Of a DNA stretch of 64,000 nucleotides, positions 53,985-64,000 are shown one piece after another. Each line of letters starts with the position of its first letter. The first letter of the stretch is position 1. The DNA is from Patescibacteria group bacterium UBA6489 (GTDB lineage: Bacteria; Patescibacteriota; Gracilibacteria; BD1-5; UBA6164). The stretch lies in the NCBI GenBank assembly GCA_002435385.1, contig DJMN01000007.1, forward strand, positions 10,695 through 74,694, given 5' to 3'. A program made the translations under genes and the position numbers. The notes under the pieces were generated by a model, which was not told the origin of the DNA, did no database searches, and saw only the letters and a program-made list of their open reading frames with translations.

Positions 53985-55184
53985 CTAAAAACCTAACTTC
54001 GTCAGAGTCTTCCTCAATAACTCACTAACCAAAGTTTTTTCATTTCATAGCAAATTATTTATCTCTAAAAGCATAGACAATGTATCTAATCTTATCTTTT
54101 TTAAAGTAATGTTATAATCTTCTACTTGTTTTTTTAAATCGTCATTTTGAAACTTTATAAGTCTTATATTTTTTACAAACTTTATATTTTTTGATATAGG
54201 ATTAGATTTATTGAAAAACTCTTTTATAAAATTATTTTTACCTCCTCATAAAAGAACAAAATCAGAAGGACAAATCTTATTTTTTACAATCTCCTTTATT
54301 CAAATACTAAGCATATTTCACCATACATCAATAAATTCTTCCTTTTCCTTAAGATAAATATTATTATTTAAATTATTAATTATATTCACACTTGTATCTT
54401 TTATATTTCGTCCAATCATCTCAATTAAATCATTTATTCACAACAAAATTTTTGAGATTCACATTACCTCATCATCTTTCTTTATTGTTATATAAGTCAT
54501 TGAAGCTCATATATTTATTATAACTAAATCTTTTTGTAGGAAAACCCTAGTTATAGAATATTCAGTTGGGATTATTTTTACTATCTTCTTATTTAAAACA
54601 TTTCAAACATAATTTATGAAATTATACTTATTTAGAGGAATGAAAACATTATGAAATGAGATACTTATATCTTTTCATACTTTTCACAATATATGTTTTT
54701 TCTTTTTTTTATCTAAATCTATTTGTAAAATATTTCAAATTATTAATTTCAGTTCTTCTTTCTGGAATCATGATATCTTTTTTATATTATCGGTTGTTCT
54801 TCTTAATACAATATCTTCAGAATTTTCTAAAATTTCTTCTAACTCTTTTCTTATAATAGGCTCATTTTTTTCTTTTCTCTTATAACTTATTTTTTTTGAT
54901 GAAAAAAACATATCAGTAAAAGGGAAACTTATAACAACTTTTTTGATTTTTTTTCAAGCATTTAATTCAGCCTTTTCTAGTGCTATTCTTACATTATCAG
55001 TTAACACTTCTATATCTTCACATTCTCAATTTAAAAAACAAGAATTTCACTGTCTCTTTTCTCAGTATCATAAAAGAGTAATTTTATTATTTTTAAAACT
55101 ACAAACACAAGCTCTGACCTTGTAGCTTCATATATCTACAACAGCCATAGTTTTTCAGAGTATATCTTTTTTTATAAATACCAT
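53985..55184 (-). CDS. ftsA: cell division protein FtsA (actin-like ATPase)
   Basis: AVVDIGSYKVRA, VIINIGASMTYITI, VLLGGG. Intact when counted by coordinates (399 aa). Confidence 0.7.
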
Positions 55185-55203
55185 TAAGTGAAAAGATTAG
55201 TTT

Positions 55204-55722
55204 TTATTTTTTTATTTTCTTTCATATTTTTTTTAGCAACATATTTCATTCATGAACTTCTCAGGCTCATATTAATGCCATTGCTAAATCTTCGGTTATA
55301 AGAATATCTCAAGGAGAAATATTCAAAGCTCTTTTTAGAATGCTAATTCATTTTTCAACTTCTCAAGACATATTATATGCCCATCATAAGTTTCTTAATA
55401 CCTCTGAATTATTTCACATTAAACTATTTGATTTTAGAAGAAATTTTATAGCCTCTTTAGGTTTATTTCTTGATAATAAAATGAACCCTTTTAAATAATT
55501 TCATGTAGGAGATTCTTCATTTAAACTTAAAGCAAAGTTTACAGATTTTGTAGCTTTAGGAAGTTTTCATTGATATAAGTAAATATCAGCTAATTCTTCA
55601 TATAATCTGTGATCATCATGATATTTTGAGATACTCTCTTCTAACATTTTTGTTGCTTCTCAGAATTTTTGCTCTTGTTTTAGCCTTTCAATTTCTTCAA
55701 TCAATTCTTTTATCTTATCCAT
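55204..55722 (-). CDS. TPR-repeat protein (172 aa)
   Basis: Repeated A/L/Y-rich 34-residue helical pattern (LADIYLYQGKLPKATKSVNFALSLN...). Confidence 0.55.
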
Positions 55723-55804
55723 CTGTTTTCAAAAAAATACTAAATAAATACAAAGGATATTTTAAATAAAAGTTTAAAATATCAAAATTTTAATTAAATA
55801 TTTT

Positions 55805-56029
55805 TTTTAACCTCACCCTAATACACTTTTAAAAACTTCACCTAACCTCTCCTTAGAGGAGAGGAACAAGTAGAAATAACCCATCCCTAACCCTTCCCTT
55901 ATATAAAGGAAGGGAAAATAAAAAAATCCTCTTCAGTTGAGGGGAAGCGAGGAACGAGCAGGGGGAGTTGAGAACTTGTAGCTTCCCTCTCCTGTAGGAG
56001 AGGGAATTCAAGGGTGAGGTTAAAAAACT
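55805..56029. repeat. mosaic GC-rich palindromic repeat cluster bounded by a 15-nt inverted repeat
   Basis: ttttaacctcaccct (55805-55819) is the reverse complement of agggtgaggttaaaa (56011-56025). The internal units are collinear with 58512-58685. Confidence 0.8.
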
Positions 56030-56861
56030 ATAAAAACTTCTTTACATTATCAATTTCACTTTTACTTCAAAAGTAACAAGGAATTGTATCGTGAATTGAA
56101 TTATATCAGTTTTCTAGAATCCTTTTTCATGTATGTTCAATGGCTTCTCAAGATAATTTCTCAAAAATAAAAGCAAAAGGAAAAACCTCAAAAAGTTTTC
56201 TAAGTTTTCATTTTCATCAAACCTCAGGATAAGTAAAGATTCATCCTCATTTTAAAATAATCTGATGTAAATCCAAAACCATACATCCAGAATATCTTAT
56301 TTTATATCACTTTTTCCAAAAGTCACCTATTATATTTCTATGATAATCCTCCCAATCAATATTTTTTCATCAAGGGGCAATTATACTTCATTTATCTTTT
56401 AAATTATTTATTTCTAATTCTTTGAAATTTCATCAAATAAATCTAAAAAATCTAACTCAATTCTTATCAGCAAACACTACCTCTAATCTAGGACCATAGC
56501 TAATATAAGCAGCTCCAACCAAATCTTTTCAATTAAAATCATTCTTATAAATTCCAAAAATACTTCATACACTTAAATTTACATCTATTAAGCTACTTCA
56601 ATCTAAAGGATCATAAGCAACTAAATATTCTCAAGAATTATTTAACTCTATAATTTCTTTTTTTTCCTCAGAAACTATTGATTTAATTTCATTTAGCTCC
56701 ATAAATTTTTTTTCAACAAGTATATCACTAAGTACATCAACTTTTGCTTGTTCATCTCAACTTGAATTTTTTGAATCACCAACCTTTCCTGTAGATTCAT
56801 TTTTTATTAACAAGTCTACTCATTCAGCAATTTCAAATATTTTATTTAATATATTTTGCAT
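56028..56861 (-). CDS. fbp: class 1 fructose-1,6-bisphosphatase
   Basis: LVAYDPLDGSS, GSIFGIY, GGIFTYP, GKLRKLFEVFPFAFIFEKLSGEA. Confidence 0.75.
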
Positions 56862-57060
56862 AACTTTAATATTTACTCTTAAAATTAAGTATCAAAGAAT
56901 CTTAAGTAAAAAAAAGGAAAATACAAATTTTTAGGGGTAAAAATGTTAAGTAGATAACTAATTTTTCCTCCTCACTATTGACTTTTGATATTCTGAGAGT
57001 ATACTTAATTTACTTTAGTAATTGCACTTCGTTTTTTACTTTAGTGTTTAATATTAATAT

Positions 57061-57336
57061 ATGGAAAAACATAGAGAGGAAAATATTGATGGTTTTGTTA
57101 TTATCACTCCAGATATTGAAGGTAGAGTTTTTTATTCATATAGTGAAGCACTTTTAGGTAAAATAGAAGAGATTCTTGTACGTAATGTAGGAAATGGAAA
57201 TGTTACTATATGTAATACTTGTGATTCTAATTTTCATCAAATTAGAAGACTAAGAAATGATTGAACAGATTGAGAAGTTATTACTTATGAAAAGGCAAAG
57301 GAAATAATTGAAAATAAAGAAGAATCTGTATTTTAA
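57061..57336 (+). CDS. hypothetical protein (91 aa)
   Basis: The ORF-track ORF extends through two TGA codons to TAA 57334-57336. Confidence 0.45.
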
Positions 57337-57587
57337 TGCTCTTGATTTTAATAAAGGTACAAGATGGGAAGTTTTATATTACACCTGTTATATAAATGTT
57401 AAATCTAATAACTATTTTCTAGGCTTTTGAAAGATATTCAAATTTGAATATCTTTTTTATGTTTTATTCATAAAACCTCTTTACAATAATTAAATTTTTT
57501 TTATCCTAATAAACAGATTTTACAATTTTTAATCTTGAGTTTTTATTTTTGTAAAGTCTAACAGTTTATTTTACTAAATTTTTAGTT

Positions 57588-58487
57588 ATGGAAACGAGTA
57601 CATATAGAGGTTTATGGACAGCTCTTGTTACCCCTTTCAAAAAGGGAAATGGTATAGATAATGATATAGATTATAAAGCATTAGAAGCTTTACTTGATAT
57701 GCAGGTTAAATGATGAGTTACTTGAATACTACTTTTAGGAACTACCGCAGAAAATCCAACTTTAACTAGTAAAGAATCAAAAAAAATAGTAAAATTTGCA
57801 ATAAAAAAACTCAAATGAAAATGCAAAGTTATGGTAAATATATGAACCTATTCAACTTTGAAAAGTTTAGAAAATGTGAAAAAATTTGATAAAATAAAAT
57901 GAATAGATGCATATTTAGTAGTAAATCCATATTATAATAAACCTACTCAAACAGGATTATATGAGCATTTCACAACTATTGCTAACAAAACAGAAAGATT
58001 AGTCGTGTTATATAATATAAAAGGAAGGACAGGAGTAAACCTAGAAACCGAGACTCTAGTGAAAATAGCAGAAAAATGTTCTAATGTTATTTGAGTGAAA
58101 GAAGCAAGTTGAGACTTAAAACAAATGGAAAAAGTTATAAAAAGTACAAAGGAAGACTTTTTAGTTTTATCATGAGATGATTGACTAACTTATGATTTAT
58201 CACAAATATGATGAGACTGAGTTATATCAGTAGCATCTAACTGTATACCAAAGAAAATGACAAAATTTGTAAAAGAATGCCTTGAAAAAACAGAAAAAGC
58301 AAAAGAATTAAAAAAATATTATGAGGAATTCTTCTCAAAACTATTTATTCAAACTAACCCATTACCAGCTAAGACATTTTTAGCAGAAAAATGAATCATA
58401 AAAGAAGCCTTTAGATTACCAATGTGTAAAATGGATAAAACAGAAAAAGATAAATTTTTAGGAGTTGTAGGGAAGTATGAGTTTTAG
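57588..58487 (+). CDS. dapA: 4-hydroxy-tetrahydrodipicolinate synthase
   Basis: LLLGTTAE, LYNIKGRTG, IGVKEASGD, LSGDDG, GGDGVISVASN. Confidence 0.85.
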
Positions 58488-58511
58488 ATAAACCTTATCC
58501 TAGTTTTCTAT

Positions 58512-58685
58512 TTAACCACCCCTAGCCCCTCCTTGCTAAGGAGGGGGAAAATCCAAAGGAAAACCATAAAAAATAATCCCCTTCAAATGAGGGGGAAGCG
58601 AGGAACGAGCAGGGGGGGTAAAATAGTGAAATAAAAAATGTGGCTTCCCTCTCCAGAAAGGGGAGAGATTTAAGGGAGGGGTATA
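58512..58685. repeat. mosaic GC-rich palindromic repeat cluster (collinear with 55841-56025)
   Basis: cccctccttgctaaggaggggg ... ccccttcaaatgagggggaagcgaggaacgagcaggggggg ... cttccctctccagaaaggggagagatttaagggagggg. Confidence 0.8.
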
Positions 58686-58712
58686 AAAAATAACTTATAA
58701 AATTAAAAACAC

Positions 58713-59560
58713 ATGAAAAAATTACCATTTACAAAAATGCATGGAATCTGAAATGATTTTATCATTTTAAATCAAAGTGACTTAGATAACCTTTCTATTG
58801 AATTAACAGAAAAATTTGTACAAAAAATATGTAATAGAAACTTCTGAATCGGATCAGACGGATTACTTATTGTAGATAAATGAAAAAAACAAAATTTAAA
58901 TACATAATGTACAATCCAGATTGAAGCCAAGCTGAAATGTGTGGGAATTGAATAAGGTGTTATATGAAATACCTACTTGATAATAATCTAACTGATAAAA
59001 CAAATGTAGATGTAGAAACTTGAGTTGGAATTTTGAACTTAGATATAGATTGAGATACTGTAACAGTAGATATGTGAACACCAAAACTAATCTTTGAATT
59101 AGCATTATGACATCAAAAAATATGAGATACATTTAGAATAGAAGCAGAAGATAGAAAATTTGAATTTATTCCAGTTAGTATGTGAAACCCTCATGCAGTT
59201 ATATTTTTAGATGAAAATATTAATGATTTTGATTTAAATAGATACTGAAAATCTATAGAATCAAATACAGAAATATTTCCTAAAAAAGTAAATGCAGAAT
59301 TTGTGAATAAAGTTTCAGATAAAGAAATAAATATGAGAGTATTTGAAAGATGAGCATGAGAAACCCTAGCCTGTTGAACATGAGCATGTGCTTGTATTGT
59401 TGCCTGAATTGCCTCTTGAAAACTTCTAAAAAATGAATTCATTAGAGTAAATCTAAAATGATGAATTTTAGATATAAAATGGAGCTGAGATATGAATGAT
59501 TCTGTTACCATGAAATGAAAAGCAGAAACAGTCTTCATTTGAGAATATACTTTAAACTAA
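58713..59560 (+). pseudogene. dapF: diaminopimelate epimerase interrupted by a 1-nt frameshift at an A7 tract
   Basis: MHGIGNDF...GSDGLLIV is in frame 0, which stops at TAA 58905-58907. YNPDGSQAEMCGNGIRC, MGNPH and ERGAGETLACGTGACA are in the -1 frame. The switch must lie in 58880-58904, which contains a7 at 58883-58889. Confidence 0.8.
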
Positions 59561-59601
59561 ACTAATTATTAATATTTTTTTACTCCTTAATTTAAAGCAT
59601 T

Positions 59602-60855
59602 ATGCATCAACTAAATTTCCTTACAGAAGAACTTGTTAAACAAATAGAAAAAGACTATAAACTGCCAGTTTATGTTTATAGTGAAAAAAGATTACTAGAA
59701 GCAATAGAAAAGTTTAAAAACTTCCCTTCAGCTTTTGGTGTGACAACAAGATTTGCAATGAAAGCAAACAGCAATAAAAATATTTTAAAAATATTTAATA
59801 AAAACGGTGTTAAAATAGACGCAAGTAGTGAATATGAAGTCTATAGAGCAATAAATGCAGGATATAAATGAGAAGATATACAACTATCATGACAAGAATT
59901 AAGTAAAAACCTAGATAAACTACTTGATTTATGAATATTTTTTGTAGCAACAAGCTTAGAACAAATAAAAGCAGTATGAAATATCAGACCATGAACAGAA
60001 ATAGGACTTAGAATAAATCCCTGAGTATGAAGCTGAGCATTTAAAGCAATCTCTACAGGAGGTACAACATCTTCTTTTGGAATCTGGCATGAATACATAC
60101 CAGAAATTCAAAAGCTAGTTAGTGAACATGGTCTAAAAGTGAGCAAAATTCATATTCACATAGGATCAGAAAATACACCAGAAAGTTGGGTAAGTACAGC
60201 AAATATCTGACTTAACTTTGTAAAAGAATTTGAATCTGTAACTTGTTTAAATATGGGATGAGGTTTCAAAAAGGCAATTATGCCATATGAAAGTGATGCT
60301 GATTTACAAGCAATCTGAAAAGCAGTAGCAGAAAAAGTAAGAGACTTTTACAATGAAACAAATAGGGAAATAAAACTAGAAGTTGAACCAGGGAAATATA
60401 TGGTTATAAACAGTGGTAGTGTCATAGCAAGAGTTGTAGATATAGTAGATACATGAGATATGTGATATAAATTTCTTAGAACGAATTCAGGTATGACAGA
60501 AATGCCAAGAGTAGCTATGTACTGAGTACAACAACCTATAATTATATTAAATAATAGTGAAACAACAAAAGAATATGTAGTAGTATGACACTGTTGTGAA
60601 AGTTGAGATATTCTTACTTCTAAACTATATGATCAAGAGACAATAGAACCAGTAACTTTAAAAGAAGCAAATATCTGAGACTTAATAGTATTTGAATGAA
60701 CATGAGCTTACAACTCTTCTATGAGTATGAAGAATTACAACTCTTTCCCAGAAGCTGGAGAATTGCTTCTTAGAACTGACTGAAGTATAGTGCAGATTAG
60801 AAAAAGAGCAGAAATTGAGGAAGTTTGGAGGAATGAAGTTGATGTGGAGGTGTAA
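59602..60855 (+). CDS. lysA: diaminopimelate decarboxylase
   Basis: FAMKANSN (PLP Lys), HIHIGS, EPGKYMV, CCESGD, GAYNSSM. Confidence 0.85.
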
Positions 60856-60873
60856 GGGAGTTTTATATTTTAT

Positions 60874-61539
60874 ATGAAAAATATGTCAGAAATAATATCA
60901 TTTTTCTTATGATTATTTACATCTTTGTTTGTTTTTTACATTACTGAAAGAATAAATTATATAAAAGAAAATAAAATTATATTTCAAAAGTTGTTAATAA
61001 AATTAAACCAAAATCTAAATAATTTAATTAGATTTAAAAGTTCATGTCAACAATATATAAAATTAATAGAGAACTATCGTCTAGATGAGTTAGGAAGTAT
61101 ATGATTTCCAATATATAATTTTTTTAATTTAGAGGATTATTTTCCAAATTTATTTTATGAAAAGAAATATGAAAAAGTTTTAAAAGAGTTAAGAAAGTTA
61201 GATTGAATAGTATTTAGTTTAAATAATTTTAATAATGATTTATGTATTAATGAAATAAAACATGATTTTCTTAATTGATTAGTACGAAAAGAAGAATCAG
61301 AAATAAGATATAAACAAGAGTTGGTTGTTGTTAAAGAGTATTATAAAGAATTAGATAAATATATAGAATTCATTATTTACTTTATTTCTCAGATTTCATT
61401 AATAAATAAATTTAATACAAGAAAATTTTTACTAAATATGAAAATAATTTTTTCAGAAACTGATATTAGTAATGAGATAAAAGAAATAAATAAAGATTTT
61501 TATACATGAGTTAAACAAATTGAAGAATTTAAAGTTTAA
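60874..61539 (+). CDS. hypothetical membrane-anchored protein (221 aa)
   Basis: ATG..TAA in frame with TGA=Gly. N-terminal TM helix. Confidence 0.4.
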
Positions 61540-61662
61540 AAAATAAAGTCATATTAATATAAAAACTTTATCTTAAAAATATGTTTATGTAATGAAAAGT
61601 TATCATGATGTTATTTTTATGGAAATATTTTGAGAAGACTTTAAAAACTAATAGAAAAAATT

Positions 61663-62205
61663 ATGCAAAGAATAATTGTCATGAAATCAGAAAAAGTCAG
61701 TCTTGTTATCCCAGAAAAGCAAGATATAGATTTATGGTATAAAGGGATGAATAATCTTGAAACAAATATATTTTTATGAAACAAAAAAGATAATTACTAC
61801 AAAGAAGATATTGAAGAGCTGTATGATAAAATTGTGAAAGAAGAGAATTCAATGTATTTTTCAATATTTAATGAAAAAAGCAAATCTGTTATATGAATAT
61901 GTTCAATAAAAAATATAAAAAAACTATCAAGACAATGAGAAATATATTTATTTATATTTGATAAAAATAATCAAAATAAATGATTCTGAACAGAAACTCT
62001 TAATCTACTTATTCAATACTGATTTGAAATACTATGATTAAATAAAATAACCCTATCTTATCTTGATTGAAATGAAAATGCTTGAAGATTATACAAAAAA
62101 GTATGATTTAGAGAAGTGTGAAAATTTAGAGAAGATGTTTTTATTAGATGAGAACTAAAAGACCAGATATTTATGGAAATATTTAGAAAAAATTTTAAAG
62201 GTTAA
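61663..62205 (+). CDS. GNAT-family N-acetyltransferase (RimJ/RimL-like)
   Basis: NKGFGTETLNLLIQYGFEILGLNKITL...NENAGRLYKKVGFREVG. Confidence 0.65.
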
Positions 62206-62239
62206 AATGAATTTTATCACTTAATTTCAAATAAATAGA

Positions 62240-63217
62240 ATGCTAAAAAAAACAATAATATTAATACTTTCTATCCTAGCATTATCTAGCTGTGGATGAT
62301 TAATAGACAAATATCAAGAAAAGCAAGATAATACAAATTCAGAAATAGAAACAAAAAATGGAAATATTTTTGCTCCATGAGATTATAAATACACGATAAA
62401 ACAATGAAATTTAGAAAGATATTATTTATTATATGTTCCAAAATCATATAATTGAGAAAATACAGAATTAATACTAGCTTTTCATGGAGGAATGTGAACA
62501 GCTGAAATAATGGCTGATAATTATGGATGGATTCCAAAATCAGATAAAGAATGATTTATTGTAGCATTTCCAAATTGAGCAAGCAGGTTTGATTCATGAA
62601 AAATAGGAACTTGGAATGCCTGAAACTGTTGTGCTTATGCTGTAGAAAGTAAAAGTAATGATGTAGGATTTGTAAAACTAATAATTGATGATATTAAATC
62701 AAAAGCAAATATAGATAAAATATTTGCTACAGGTATGTCAAATGGATGAATGTTCTCTCATCGCCTTGCTTGTGAAATGTCAGATACATTTACAGCAATA
62801 GCAGCAGTTGCATGAACAAATAACTACGACTCTTGTAGTCCTGAAAACCCTATATCAGTTATGCATATTCATTGAAAGAAAGATGACCATGTTTTATTTG
62901 ATTGATGATGTGGTCCTAAATGTGTTGTGGATGCTGAGACCGAATTTACATCCGTTGCTGATACTATAGAAGATTGGGTAGAAAGAAATAATTGTGAAGA
63001 TAATCCAGAAAGAGTTTTTGAAAATGAAAATGGATATTGTGATTTATATTCAAAATGTGATGATGATGTTGAAGTTAAACTTTGTGTAGCTAAAGATTGA
63101 TGACATTCTTGGCCTGGAATAGGGAAGTCTCCTAAACCTGATATTTTAGAAACAACCACACCTTCTCAAGCGTTTTCTGCAACTGATGAGATTTGGGACT
63201 TTTTTAAAACAAAATAA
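62240..63217 (+). CDS. lipoprotein esterase of the PHB-depolymerase (LpqC-like) family
   Basis: Lipobox LALSSC. FHGGMGTAE, GFIVAFPNG, GMSNGGMFSH, GGHSWPG. Confidence 0.65.
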
Positions 63218-63254
63218 TATTTTAAAATTTTTATAAATAAGAAAAATAATTTAT

Positions 63255-64000
63255 ATGAAGAAAACACTACTTACAATAGTTTTAGTACTTATACTTTTAA
63301 CTATATCTATAGCCGTTATAGATAGTTTATCAATACACAGAGCACTTAGAATCATGCAATTTATGTTAAGGCGGGACAAGAATATTTCAGGATATTCTAT
63401 AGATTTTTTTACAATAAGATACCTTATAAGCATAATTGTAGCAATCGTAATATCTTTACCTTTTTTACTTGCTCCTAAAAAATATATTTATAATAAATGG
63501 TTTTCAATCACATTTTTTGTTTTTTCATTACTTTTATTGATTTTATGAACCTTTCGCTATATATCATCTTATAATAATGTTAATTGGATTAGTATTTGAA
63601 TAATAACTATTCAACCTATATATTTCTATATAATTTGATCTATATTTTTACTTGTTAATTTTCTAGTAAATTGAAAGAAATCAAGTGATAAGATTAAATT
63701 AAAGACAAAAAATAAATTCCTAAAATTAGATTTTACTCTAAATAAGCCTAAATTTTTTAGCAAAATTCCTGTTTGGTGAAAATATACAATTATTCAAATT
63801 ATTATATCTATACCAGTATTTCTTATAAAAGATTTATCTAACTTATTTTTATTATGGTGTATATGAATACTGGTATTCTTATTCTCAATGCATAAAGGAA
63901 AACTTAAATATTTTATAATTATTGCCTTAATATCTCTAATTTGAATACTTGGAGTATTTTCATCTGATAGATACAACTACCTAACTGATAGATATTTTAA
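63255..64000 (+). CDS. multi-TM membrane protein, possibly SEDS (FtsW/RodA) family, 3' end outside window
   Basis: The ORF-track ORF continues through TGA to the window edge. Repeated TM helices. The family call is weak. Confidence 0.35.

Noticed and set aside
54690-54715. Apparent frameshift of ftsA in the T6-c-T8 (A-rich on the coding strand) tract
   Set aside because: It was an artefact of my first hand transcription and a mis-indexed start codon. When recounted by coordinates (ATG at 55184), the frame runs uninterrupted through ...IDLDKKKKKHILGKVGKDISISFHNVF... to TAG 53985-53987.
57340-57587. Lysine riboswitch (L-box) upstream of dapA
   Set aside because: The region is almost pure A/T, with only a terminator hairpin of the preceding gene. 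None of the conserved G-rich L-box segments are visible.
1-64000. Translation table 4 (UGA = Trp, Mycoplasma-type) as the explanation for the fragmented ORFs
   Set aside because: TGA sits at invariant Gly positions (DKTGT, GDGxNDxP, GLPGP, GNDF, GCGTG). Trp at those sites would be incompatible with the families concerned.

Overview
This is a very AT-rich bacterial chromosome segment (about 18-27% G+C in the 60-nt lines I sampled). It only makes sense under translation table 25 (UGA = Gly), which points to a Gracilibacteria/Absconditabacteria-type (CPR) genome. The standard-code ORF track fragments almost every native gene. Reading TGA as glycine restores about 50 full-length genes. These include folD, a tRNA-Gly/Ile/Pro cluster, an inositol monophosphatase, an ITPase, rimK, a copper-resistance cluster with copA, two mltG paralogs flanking an M23 peptidase, a prepilin fused to DUF285 repeats, tsaC, rsmG, ftsA, fbp and dapA-dapF-lysA.

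The main feature is a compositionally foreign island of about 10.7 kb (about 4.6-15.3 kb, roughly 33-43% G+C in sampled lines). It carries nine minus-strand genes with no in-frame TGA, GGAG-type ribosome-binding sites, and only TAA/TAG stops. It lies directly next to an IS element and the tRNA cluster. The island has two modules:
- A five-gene envelope module: a PspA/IM30-like protein, a 2-TM coiled-coil partner, a secreted vWA protein, and two SsuA-like binding domains fused to OmpA-like domains.
- A NitT/TauT-type ABC importer followed by an unusual tandem AAA+ ATPase of the Vps4/Cdc48-like clade.

I could not assign this gene combination to any characterised system, and it is the best candidate for a new system in the window.

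Other points worth a second look:
- A second single-gene foreign islet at about 47.0-47.3 kb.
- Four copies of a structured element of about 105 nt.
- A family of GC-rich mosaic palindromic repeats at seven intergenic sites.
- A frameshifted dapF at an A7 tract.

Coordinates were derived by hand. Start/stop pairs were checked for divisibility by 3, but internal frames could not all be verified exhaustively.
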